From positions 33,636-97,635 of the forward strand of contig CAZUWE010000003.1 in assembly GCA_964624175.1 (NCBI GenBank): a stretch of 64,000 nucleotides of DNA. The letters run 5' to 3'. The notes beneath the pieces were generated by a model. It searched no databases. It saw nothing but the letters and a program-made list of their open reading frames with translations, and had not been told where the DNA came from. The position numbers were made by a program, and so were the translations under genes. The DNA is from an uncultured Candidatus Peribacteria bacterium. Lineage in GTDB: Bacteria; Patescibacteriota; Gracilibacteria; UBA1369; 2-02-FULL-48-14. Below, piece by piece: positions 19,123 to 27,350 of the stretch; the stretch's first letter is position 1, and every line of letters starts with the position of its first letter.

Positions 19123-21054
19123 CTAGAGCGCGTCAGAAAACATACGGTATAAAATCACCGTTGCTTCCGCGCGTGTGATGGAACTGGCTGCATTGAAGCA
19201 GCGCCCTTCACTGCACACAGATCCCTGCACGAATTCCCACTCTGTTGCTAGCGTAACCACTGGTGCATACCAAGCCGCGGTGTCGAGGTCATTGTAAACA
19301 TCAGTCATCTCGCCTTCCATGATTTGGGTAGCTGTTGATTCTAGGTCTTCATTTACATGCAAGTACACATTCATCGCTAGCTGAAGGAATTCCGCACGGT
19401 TGATAGATTCTGCCGGCTCGTAGCTTCCATCGGGGTTCCCTTCCACAAGGCTCAAATCTTTGAGCTCAGTGATGTAAGCGGCATACCATGCCTCCATGTC
19501 CACATCGGTGAAGGGGTCAGCCCAGGCTACGTCAGGGTCTCCCATATCCAGTACACGCCACAAGAGGGCGGCAGCTTCTGCGCGGTTCAAATCTCCTTCG
19601 GGATTAAAGCTACCATCGGGGTTTCCTTCCACAATGCCACCTTCCGCCATGGCCGTTATTTCAGTTTCCGCCCAGTGCCCTTCAATATCATTCAAGTCCA
19701 CTTCAATAACTTCATCGGTCTCACCTGTGGTTTCGTCGTCTACTGTCGTGTCGTCTTCAGTGTCTACTTCGTCGTCAGTGGTGTCGGCTCCATCCGTAGT
19801 GTCATCAGTGCTATCGTCAGAAGAACCCACCGTAAATGTCACTTCATCGGTGAGGTCGCCATAGGTGCTTCCACTGGTGGCACGAAGCTGATAGGTCACA
19901 ACGTCGCCTTCTTCCACATCGGTATCGGTGTAGGTTTCAGTTCCTACGGGGACTTCGGTGAGTGCGGTTCCATCCACTGGAAGGGGCGCTATACCACGCA
20001 AAATTTGAACAGTGGTGGTGTCGTCATCAGGATCGGTCCAGGTGAGCACCACTCCATTTCCGTCTTCTGCGTCAGTGATTTCTAGATTGGTGGGTTCTCC
20101 AACCGTTATACTAGAGCTTGCTTCTGTAATCGTGTCTCCAGGCACTGCTGTGTCTGTTTCAATACTATTTCCTGAACTGTCTTTAGTGGTGATCGTGTAG
20201 TTGCTGGTGGTTCCTGTGGTAGATGGGTTGCGAACGGGCACCACTTCAAAACTCAAAGCGCCAGCACTCGTAGCACTGCCACCCGACTGCGTATACGTCA
20301 CCGTCTGGCCTGCTACGCTCGCGGTCCATGTCCCTGACATACCTGAAAGGCGCTGAGCTGTGGTTGATCCAAGACTAGAAAGGTCAAACCCGGAAGGGTA
20401 GGTGATGGAAATCTTACCTCCACTAGGGATTTGAATGCTGGTGGTTAAGAAAACTGTGTGGGTGGTGCTTTGATTCTGTGCGTAGGTGTAGAAAGTTAGA
20501 TTGGTAGACGCCAAAGGATCCGCGCTCACGTTCACTGTGTCAGAGCCGCTGGGATTGGTGTCACCTCCGTTTGCCGTTGCGCCTCCAAAGGCAAAGCTAG
20601 AGGCTGCGTTGGCATAGGTAGGAATGTTGTTAGCCGTGATGAGGAAGCGAATGGTCTCAGCCCCGTTATTGGGTGCTCCCCAGGTGCTTACATCCCATTT
20701 AACGGTGATGGTGCGTACAGAGGTAGCGTATTGACCATTTCCTGCCCCTGCTGTGATAGCGGTTTCGTTGGTCGCATCGTTATTGGCATCTCCATCGTTT
20801 TCAACGGTGAAAGTGAGAGCGCTCCATTGTGGAAAATTGTCGGGGAGCGTGAGGGTAAGTGTATCTCCATCTGCCCAGGTTTGTTGCGCGGTGTCTACAG
20901 TGTACTCAATTTCCAAAGATACATGTGTGCCCACGGTTGCTGTGGTTTGAACCACATCGTAAACACTGGCCGCAAAGGCCACATTCGCCCCTAAAGTAAA
21001 GAACAAGAGGGATGCGAGCGTGCTTTGCCCGAGGATTCGCTTTAAATTCACCAT
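19123..21054 (-). CDS. Secreted surface protein with a C-terminal triple SLH anchor; paralog of 17020..18996
   Basis: 643 aa with the same architecture as its neighbour. The FN3-like, acidic-linker and SLH parts are clearly alignable with it (e.g. VVLTWTDPDDDTTTVQILRG..., GHWAETEITAMAEGGIVEGNPDGSFNPEGDLNRAEAAALL). Confidence 0.85.
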   Translation of the reverse strand: MVNLKRILGQSTLASLLFFTLGANVAFAASVYDVVQTTATVGTHVSLEIEYTVDTAQQTWADGDTLTLTLPDNFPQWSALTFTVENDGDANNDATNETAITAGAGNGQYATSVRTITVKWDVSTWGAPNNGAETIRFLITANNIPTYANAASSFAFGGATANGGDTNPSGSDTVNVSADPLASTNLTFYTYAQNQSTTHTVFLTTSIQIPSGGKISITYPSGFDLSSLGSTTAQRLSGMSGTWTASVAGQTVTYTQSGGSATSAGALSFEVVPVRNPSTTGTTSNYTITTKDSSGNSIETDTAVPGDTITEASSSITVGEPTNLEITDAEDGNGVVLTWTDPDDDTTTVQILRGIAPLPVDGTALTEVPVGTETYTDTDVEEGDVVTYQLRATSGSTYGDLTDEVTFTVGSSDDSTDDTTDGADTTDDEVDTEDDTTVDDETTGETDEVIEVDLNDIEGHWAETEITAMAEGGIVEGNPDGSFNPEGDLNRAEAAALLWRVLDMGDPDVAWADPFTDVDMEAWYAAYITELKDLSLVEGNPDGSYEPAESINRAEFLQLAMNVYLHVNEDLESTATQIMEGEMTDVYNDLDTAAWYAPVVTLATEWEFVQGSVCSEGRCFNAASSITRAEATVILYRMFSDAL

Positions 21055-21080
21055 GGCGTGACGAGTTAAGGGAGTAAAGG

Positions 21081-21641
21081 TTAGTTGATGAGACCGTGGT
21101 CAAGTTTGTAATCTTCAATTTCTTGCTTGAGCTCGCTTAAGAATGCTAAATGCTCTGCAGAGGTGTCGCCGGTGGTCGCTGAGGCATAGGTATCGAGGGC
21201 GATTTGAGCGTTTTCTGGGTCGTCTGCTTTCAAAAGGATGCGAACAGCATCGGAGGCCGCCTCTCCGCTGGATTGCGAGTTTTGGAAGTAAACCATGATA
21301 TTTTCTGCAGCCAAGTCGTACTCTTCCACTTTTTCGTAGATGGAAGCCAAATTGTTATAAACCACTAAATTATCAGGGTTTGCGTCCAAAGATTTCTTGT
21401 AGTATTTGACCGCTTTCTTAAAATCTTCTAGAGCGTCGTAGCGGAAGGCAATTTCTGCAAGGGCTTCATAGTCGTCAGGATTCTCTTCTAGCTTAAGTTC
21501 ATTTTCTTCAATTAGGTCATATTGGTGTTGAATCCACCCCTCATCAAGGTGGCTAATGTCTCCTTGCCATTTTGGGTTTCCACAGGCGTTTAGAATAACG
21601 GTTGAAAGGGCAAGCGAGACTAGAACAGATTTCGTTTTCAT
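21081..21641 (-). CDS. TPR-repeat lipoprotein
   Basis: 186 aa with signal peptide and lipobox ...VILNAC. TPR-like repeats are present (AEIAFRYDALEDFKKAVKYYKKSLDANPDN...). Confidence 0.7.
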   Translation of the reverse strand: MKTKSVLVSLALSTVILNACGNPKWQGDISHLDEGWIQHQYDLIEENELKLEENPDDYEALAEIAFRYDALEDFKKAVKYYKKSLDANPDNLVVYNNLASIYEKVEEYDLAAENIMVYFQNSQSSGEAASDAVRILLKADDPENAQIALDTYASATTGDTSAEHLAFLSELKQEIEDYKLDHGLIN

Positions 21642-21682
21642 AGGTATTATTAGGCTCTGCGATTATACCTTTTTTGGAAAAT

Positions 21683-21715
21683 AAAAAAACCCCCCGCTCA
21701 TTTCTGAGCGAGGGG
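21683..21715 (-). terminator. Rho-independent terminator of the 1559-aa surface-protein gene
   Basis: The minus strand reads CCCCTCGCTCA-GAAA-TGAGCGGGGGG-TTTTTTT. This is an 11-bp stem (one G-U pair), a GAAA tetraloop and a U7 tail, 50 nt after the stop. Confidence 0.85.
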
Positions 21716-21764
21716 TTCCTCGGTCTTAAGCCTAAGCTGTCAGACCAATGATGTTACCCAAGAA

Positions 21765-24700
21765 TTAGTAGGTAAGGGTGTTACCAGTAACTCGTGAAGA
21801 TACATCTCCAAGCCACTTAACAGTAGCGTTGGTGTCATGCCACCAGAAGTCTCCAGCAGTGATAGTTTGAACATCACCAGAAGTTACTGAGCTTCCTGCG
21901 TCCATAGAGAAGGTTACAGGGTCATCAGATCCTGAATCTTCGTTAAGGAGAGCAGAGCTGTTCACATGGAGAGTGTAAGTCTCGGTGGTTCCCTTAGCCA
22001 CTTCAATTGCAGTGGTTGGGATGAAGGTCACAGTCGCGGTGCTGGTAGCAGAAGCTCCGTTTGTAGAGCTTTCCCAGAATCCAACAGCGAGAGTAGTGTT
22101 TCCTTCCTTGAGGTCAGCCTGAGAAGGTGAACCTGCGTTAGCAGTGTTGTTAGCGTAGGTATCAACGTCTCCGTCAGTGCTTACATCAACAACGATCTTT
22201 TCGTTGTATGCAAGTACGTCGTCAACTTGGATGACATCGTTGGTGATGGTTCCAGGGAGTGCATCGAGCTCGATAGAGAAGAACTTCTCTCCGGCAACTG
22301 CACCCGCAACTGCAACATCACAACGGTACCATTCTCCTGATACAAGAGTAGATTGGTCAGCTCCACAAAGTGCTTGTGAAAGAGCCACTCCACCAGTATT
22401 AGGATCAGCAGTAGCTGTGTTGATTACGTTGGTCTTAAGACCAGCGAAGGTAACTGCATTGTCTGCACCAGAGTCTACGAAGCGGATCCAGAATGATACG
22501 CGAGCGTAGTCAACTACATCGTTGGTGAATTGACCAACGAATACAGAGTCGCTAGCGAGGTAGTTAGAGAGGGTAACGGTAGAACCGCTTCCATCAACCA
22601 TAGTACCAGCAGCGGTAGTAGTGGTAGGTGCAGCATTGTTAGCTCCAGCTGAATCGAATCCAGCTACAGAGCTAGCTTCTTGAGCAGCACGAACTTGTAC
22701 GAGTTCCTTAGCGTTAGCAGAAACGTTGAACACGAATGCGCTATCGTCTGAAGTTACGGTACGAGTTCCGCTAGCTGAAGATGAAGCCAAAGCCAAGGTA
22801 GGCTTGGTTTCGTATACGTACATTGGGTTGGTCGTGTCGAGGTATCCATCTCCTGGGAGGATGTAGAGAACGTCATCGTTATCTGCAGAGCTCTTTGTAG
22901 AGGTTACATCGGCAGTCGCATTGTCAATGAGCATAACAGTAAGGGTGTCTTCCGTAGCACCGTCAGCTTGCGCAGCGGTTACAACGTAGATTTCATCCGT
23001 ACCAACGGTACAAGTTGCATCGTCACCAGTAGAAGTACAGATCAAAGTACCAACTGGGAAGATTACATCAGGATCAGCTCCAGCTTCGTTGTCGAAGAGG
23101 AGAGTTTGGTTAACTCCAAGAGCTGCAGCGGTTCCCGCTCCGTCGATTTCCTTAGAGGAATCGGTCCAGGTCAGAGATCCGAGGTCGAGATCAGATGTAG
23201 CGAGTACATCGTTGTCGAGCTTGTCAGCCTTGTAAGTTTCTCCGCTTGATTCAGCACGAGCCTCAAAGTTGTTGAGGGCAAGGTCAAGACGTACAGGGTC
23301 ACCTGCAGTAGCTTGTCCGCTTGCAATGCTGTTAAGGTCAGCGGTTACTTCAACCGTAGCGCTTCCATCCTTCTCAACGTAGAGGTCGAGGTCGGTGAAG
23401 GTTGCGTTACCAGATACGAGAGATGCAGAGTCAGTAACGGTGTTACCATCTGAATCTTCGTAAGTGAGGTATACCTTGTTAACTTGGTTGTCGTATTCAC
23501 CGAGGTCAGCATCAGCAACTCCGTTTTGGTCTGCGCTTACAGCGAGCTTACGAACGGTGAATGCTTCAGAAGTACTGGTGAACTTGAACATAGAAGCAGA
23601 AACATCGTCTGTGTCAGCAACTGCGAGATCTTCTCGAGCAGTTGAAGGGTCAACAGAAACGGTGATTGAACCTCCATTGGTTACTACAACCCATGAAGTA
23701 GCGGTCGTAGCAGATGGAGCGTTAACCGTTCCAGTAGCAGAGATGGTGTTTCCTTCTTCGTCTTCAACTACAACGTTAGAAGCAGAAGTTACCTTGAAGG
23801 CAATGCTTTCTGCGTTGTTGTTCTTGAAGGCATCAGATTTAACGTTACCTACAACCGTGTAAACTGGGCTATCTCCAGCTGGGATTGTGAGGTCAAGATT
23901 GTCCATGGTTACGAGACCAGTAGAAGCAGTTACGCTTGCTGAGCTGTCTTCAACCATTTCTCCATCTTCATCAACGAGCCAAACGCTTCCTACAACTTCG
24001 TTAACGTTAACTGCGTTGTCAACTCCTGGAGTTCCAGCAGTTGAAGCGAAGGTAGAACCTCCGTCTTCATCGATGGTTCCAACGAGTGAAACGCTGGTAA
24101 CACGACAATCAGATGCATTTCCACAGGCCATAACGATACCAGTGAAAGGAACGTCTTCAGTTCCCTTAACGTAGTTGGTACCACCAGCTACTGGGGTAGA
24201 TGCAAGAGAGAGTGCGAGTGAAGGAGTGCGGATCGTCATGGTCTTACCAGTAACTGGAGACGCAGGAACGAGTACCGTGCTGTTTGTGAGGGTCTTGTTG
24301 TTAACATCTTTCATTTGAGGGTAGGTCGTTCCAAGAGCAAGAGCTCCTACAACGGTCATTCCATCAAGAGCGGTGTCGTTACGAACATCGGTGGTCAAAG
24401 CCAAGTCGAGTTCTTCTCCGGCATCCATTTCGAAGTCTTCAGTGAAGAGATGGTAAGCAGTAGCTCCATCAGTTCCATCGGTGATGTTGGTTCCACCAAT
24501 GGTTTGCTTGAACACGCTTGAATCTACACCTGCGAAGAGGCCAGATTCAGTTTCGTTGTTCCAGATCTTAACATCAGTGAAGTTTGCAGCATCATCGCTG
24601 TCTTGCCAGAGACCTTCGTCGGTATCAGAACCTTCAGAAGCGGTAAGACTGATTGGGAAGCTGTCGAATGTAACATCAGTTACAGAAACGATGTTGAAGT

Positions 24701-26444
24701 CAAGGAGGTGTACGTCCTTAGCGTTGGTAGCGATGTCATCAGCTGCAGGTCCGTTAGAAGAAATGGTTACATCTCCTCCTTCGAGAACTGAGTAAGAACA
24801 GTCACCAGCGGTAGAAGTACAGCTGTCTCCGTCGTAAGTGGTTCGAGTAACTTGCATACCGAATCCGTAGAGACCTCCACGAGCGAGAACATCAGTGTTC
24901 TGATCGATAGAAATCTTAACAGTGTCATCAGTACGTCCAGTGTTGAAGTCAGCTACAACGTAGAAGCTCTTGGTTCCTCCCTTAGCGATACAGTAACCAT
25001 CTGAGTTTTCACACTCATCTGATTCTGAATCCCATTCTCCGTCGATAACGAAGCGGGCAACGTCGAGGTCATCTACTCCAGCAACTTCAGCGATAGGTTC
25101 TGCATCATCTCCAACAACGTAAAGTTCGAAGTTTTCGATGTCAGCAGTATTAACGCTTCCTGAAACGTATACTCCGATTTCTTCAAGACCAGCAGCTTCA
25201 GTAGCTGAGGTTACCTTGAACTTACCGATAGTAGCGTCATCTTCTCCAACTTCAGAGTTTTCAACAGTTCCGTTCTTTTCGAAGGTAACTGATCCAGCGT
25301 CTGTAGAAGAGATGTCGTGCTTTTCAGCTTGAAGTGGGAAGTCTCCGTCAACGGAAGCTCCGTATGCTTCAACCTTAGAAGCGCTAACGATTTCGAGACC
25401 TACCTCACTTGCAGTGGTGTATTCACCCATGTCCATACGAACAGAGAGAGTGCGAGTATCTCCATCTTCGATTTCTACATCGTAGGTGAAGGTTACTTCG
25501 TTATCGGTAGAGCTGAAAGTGGTTCCAGAAGTAAGACGAGTGCTTCCTTCGTAGAGGTACACTTGGTGAGCAGAAGAAAGAGAGCTGATTCCGTATTGGT
25601 GAACGGTGATTGAATCAACCGTTACATCACCATCTTCAGCAGTGAAGTCCCAAGCTGCCAACTCTACAGAAGTAGCGTTAGAAGGGATGGTCATCATATC
25701 TGGAGAATCATTGCTCACTTCAACCATAAGATCACCTTCGCTGGTGGTGGTGTCATCATCGTCGTCATCGCCAAGATCGCGCCATTCAGGCTCTTGAGCG
25801 TTGTTAACTACGATGGCAGCTTGTCCACGAGTGAAGTTGTATCCAGGGTAGAAGTAACCGTTTTCAAATCCGTTTACTACGCTCCAAGACCAAGCAGTGC
25901 TTACATAGTAAGTGTCTGCCTTTTCGTACCATTCCCCGAGATCAACGTCTGGGAAATTGTCGAGGCCATCAGAAACAGAAGTAAGACCGAAAGTTTCAAC
26001 GGCGAGCTTAGCTCCTTCAGCACGAGTAAGTGCTGCGTCTGGGTCGTACTTACCAGTGAGGTCTCCATCAGCGTCTGTTCGTCCGCTTACGATACCGTAA
26101 GCTTCAGCAGAACAAACGTATTCATAGAGGTCATGGGTAGTAGGAACATCGGTGAAGTCTGTTTCACAGTCTTCCACGAGATCGAGACCGCTACCAAGCA
26201 AGAAAATCTTCGCTGCTTGAGCGCGAGTCAAGGAATCATCTGCTCCGAAGTCTCCATTTTCATAACCGGTCATCCAACCTTCATCAGCAGCTTCCATGAT
26301 TGCATCGTATGCATAGTGATCTTCATCGAGATCATCGTATGCAGAAGCAATTCCGGTGAAGCTTACCAAAGAGGTAAGTACAGCGAGAACGCTGAGACCT
26401 GCTATGGACTTTTGGATCTTTCGGAAAGCGAAAGAGATATCCAT
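21765..26444 (-). CDS. Giant (1559 aa) surface/S-layer candidate with an N-terminal triple SLH anchor
   Basis: A signal peptide (...FTGIASA) is followed by three SLH repeats (...DSLTRAQAAKIFL..., ...ALTRAEGAKLAV..., ...FTRGQAAIVV). About 1300 aa of T/S/D/V/G-rich beta-type sequence follow, with no cysteine-poor breaks. Confidence 0.85.
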   Translation of the reverse strand: MDISFAFRKIQKSIAGLSVLAVLTSLVSFTGIASAYDDLDEDHYAYDAIMEAADEGWMTGYENGDFGADDSLTRAQAAKIFLLGSGLDLVEDCETDFTDVPTTHDLYEYVCSAEAYGIVSGRTDADGDLTGKYDPDAALTRAEGAKLAVETFGLTSVSDGLDNFPDVDLGEWYEKADTYYVSTAWSWSVVNGFENGYFYPGYNFTRGQAAIVVNNAQEPEWRDLGDDDDDDTTTSEGDLMVEVSNDSPDMMTIPSNATSVELAAWDFTAEDGDVTVDSITVHQYGISSLSSAHQVYLYEGSTRLTSGTTFSSTDNEVTFTYDVEIEDGDTRTLSVRMDMGEYTTASEVGLEIVSASKVEAYGASVDGDFPLQAEKHDISSTDAGSVTFEKNGTVENSEVGEDDATIGKFKVTSATEAAGLEEIGVYVSGSVNTADIENFELYVVGDDAEPIAEVAGVDDLDVARFVIDGEWDSESDECENSDGYCIAKGGTKSFYVVADFNTGRTDDTVKISIDQNTDVLARGGLYGFGMQVTRTTYDGDSCTSTAGDCSYSVLEGGDVTISSNGPAADDIATNAKDVHLLDFNIVSVTDVTFDSFPISLTASEGSDTDEGLWQDSDDAANFTDVKIWNNETESGLFAGVDSSVFKQTIGGTNITDGTDGATAYHLFTEDFEMDAGEELDLALTTDVRNDTALDGMTVVGALALGTTYPQMKDVNNKTLTNSTVLVPASPVTGKTMTIRTPSLALSLASTPVAGGTNYVKGTEDVPFTGIVMACGNASDCRVTSVSLVGTIDEDGGSTFASTAGTPGVDNAVNVNEVVGSVWLVDEDGEMVEDSSASVTASTGLVTMDNLDLTIPAGDSPVYTVVGNVKSDAFKNNNAESIAFKVTSASNVVVEDEEGNTISATGTVNAPSATTATSWVVVTNGGSITVSVDPSTAREDLAVADTDDVSASMFKFTSTSEAFTVRKLAVSADQNGVADADLGEYDNQVNKVYLTYEDSDGNTVTDSASLVSGNATFTDLDLYVEKDGSATVEVTADLNSIASGQATAGDPVRLDLALNNFEARAESSGETYKADKLDNDVLATSDLDLGSLTWTDSSKEIDGAGTAAALGVNQTLLFDNEAGADPDVIFPVGTLICTSTGDDATCTVGTDEIYVVTAAQADGATEDTLTVMLIDNATADVTSTKSSADNDDVLYILPGDGYLDTTNPMYVYETKPTLALASSSASGTRTVTSDDSAFVFNVSANAKELVQVRAAQEASSVAGFDSAGANNAAPTTTTAAGTMVDGSGSTVTLSNYLASDSVFVGQFTNDVVDYARVSFWIRFVDSGADNAVTFAGLKTNVINTATADPNTGGVALSQALCGADQSTLVSGEWYRCDVAVAGAVAGEKFFSIELDALPGTITNDVIQVDDVLAYNEKIVVDVSTDGDVDTYANNTANAGSPSQADLKEGNTTLAVGFWESSTNGASATSTATVTFIPTTAIEVAKGTTETYTLHVNSSALLNEDSGSDDPVTFSMDAGSSVTSGDVQTITAGDFWWHDTNATVKWLGDVSSRVTGNTLTY

Positions 26445-26748
26445 AAAATAAGGATTAATATAAAGATATAAAACATCTGAGTCGTTCAGTACTCAGATAA
26501 ACAGAATAAGCAACAATAAAAAGGCCAGAATAAGCTAGGTATCCACCTCTTCGACCTAAAAAGAGATAGACTCGTAAGAGATAAAAAGTTTTTGTTTGAT
26601 CCGAGATTTCAAGGAACGAAGACTATAAGGATCGTAAGTGAAGGAAAGGTTTCTCGTGATTTTGTCTACTTTCACTTGCTGTCTACTTGAACGCCTCGAG
26701 TAGACAATGTGTTACTTTTTCTGTGTTGACAGATGTCCTGATATTGTG

Positions 26749-26823
26749 TGGCAGTCCCAAGGGGATTCGAACCCCTGTTACCGGAATGAGAATCCAGTGT
26801 CCTAACCCCTAGACGATGGGACC
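26749..26823 (-). tRNA. tRNA-Glu (anticodon CUC), CCA encoded
   Basis: The minus strand reads GGTCCCATCGTCTAGGGGTTAGGACACTGGATTCTCATTCCGGTAACAGGGGTTCGAATCCCCTTGGGACTGCCA. The cloverleaf was folded by hand: acceptor GGTCCCA/TGGGACT, anticodon stem CTGGA/TCCGG, loop TTCTCAT and T-arm GGGG-TTCGAAT-CCCC. Confidence 0.9.
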
Positions 26824-26978
26824 TAAATGGACGCTGCTTTGGACAGCGTGTTTCAAACAACTTCGGACAGTTTATTTAGACTTGTCTATTCTTTCAAGAT
26901 TTTTGTAGACAATGTGGACGAAAGCTTGACAAGTCGCGAGCGACTATACACTACGATCTGTATAGGTGACCAGTAAAA

Positions 26979-26996
26979 ATGTTGATTAATCAACAT
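26979..26996. promoter_or_regulatory. 18-bp perfect palindrome ATGTTGATTAATCAACAT (copy 1)
   Basis: It is an exact self-complement. An identical copy lies at 29541..29558. This copy sits in the divergent region between tRNA-Glu and dnaJ. Confidence 0.7.
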
Positions 26997-27350
26997 TGCA
27001 TTTATGTGTATATATAAACGTTTCTAACACTATTTTCATAACAATGATTTATTATTTAATTTCGAATATTAAAATAAATGCATATTTGTAAATAATCTTT
27101 TGTATAGGCGGTGTATAGTCGAAATTTGTCTACATTAACAGGTTAAAATAGCTATTTCACAATTATTCCGCCTATACACGCAAATTTCACCTATACACGA
27201 GTTTTAATTCTGACTAATCAAACCTTTACTTTCCCCTTAAGAAAGCCACTTTAACAGGTAACCACCTACTACTTTGATTTGACTTGCTTTTTATTACTTT
27301 TATTGTATTTTACTCATTGCATTTGTAGCAATTTCCAATAGAGTGTGGCT

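Noticed and set aside
26860-27344. A CIRCE (TTAGCACTC-N9-GAGTGCTAA) or HAIR (CTTGAGT-N7-ACTCAAG) heat-shock operator upstream of dnaJ.
   Set aside because: I scanned the region by eye and found neither consensus. Only the novel 18-bp palindrome and the CTATACA boxes are present.
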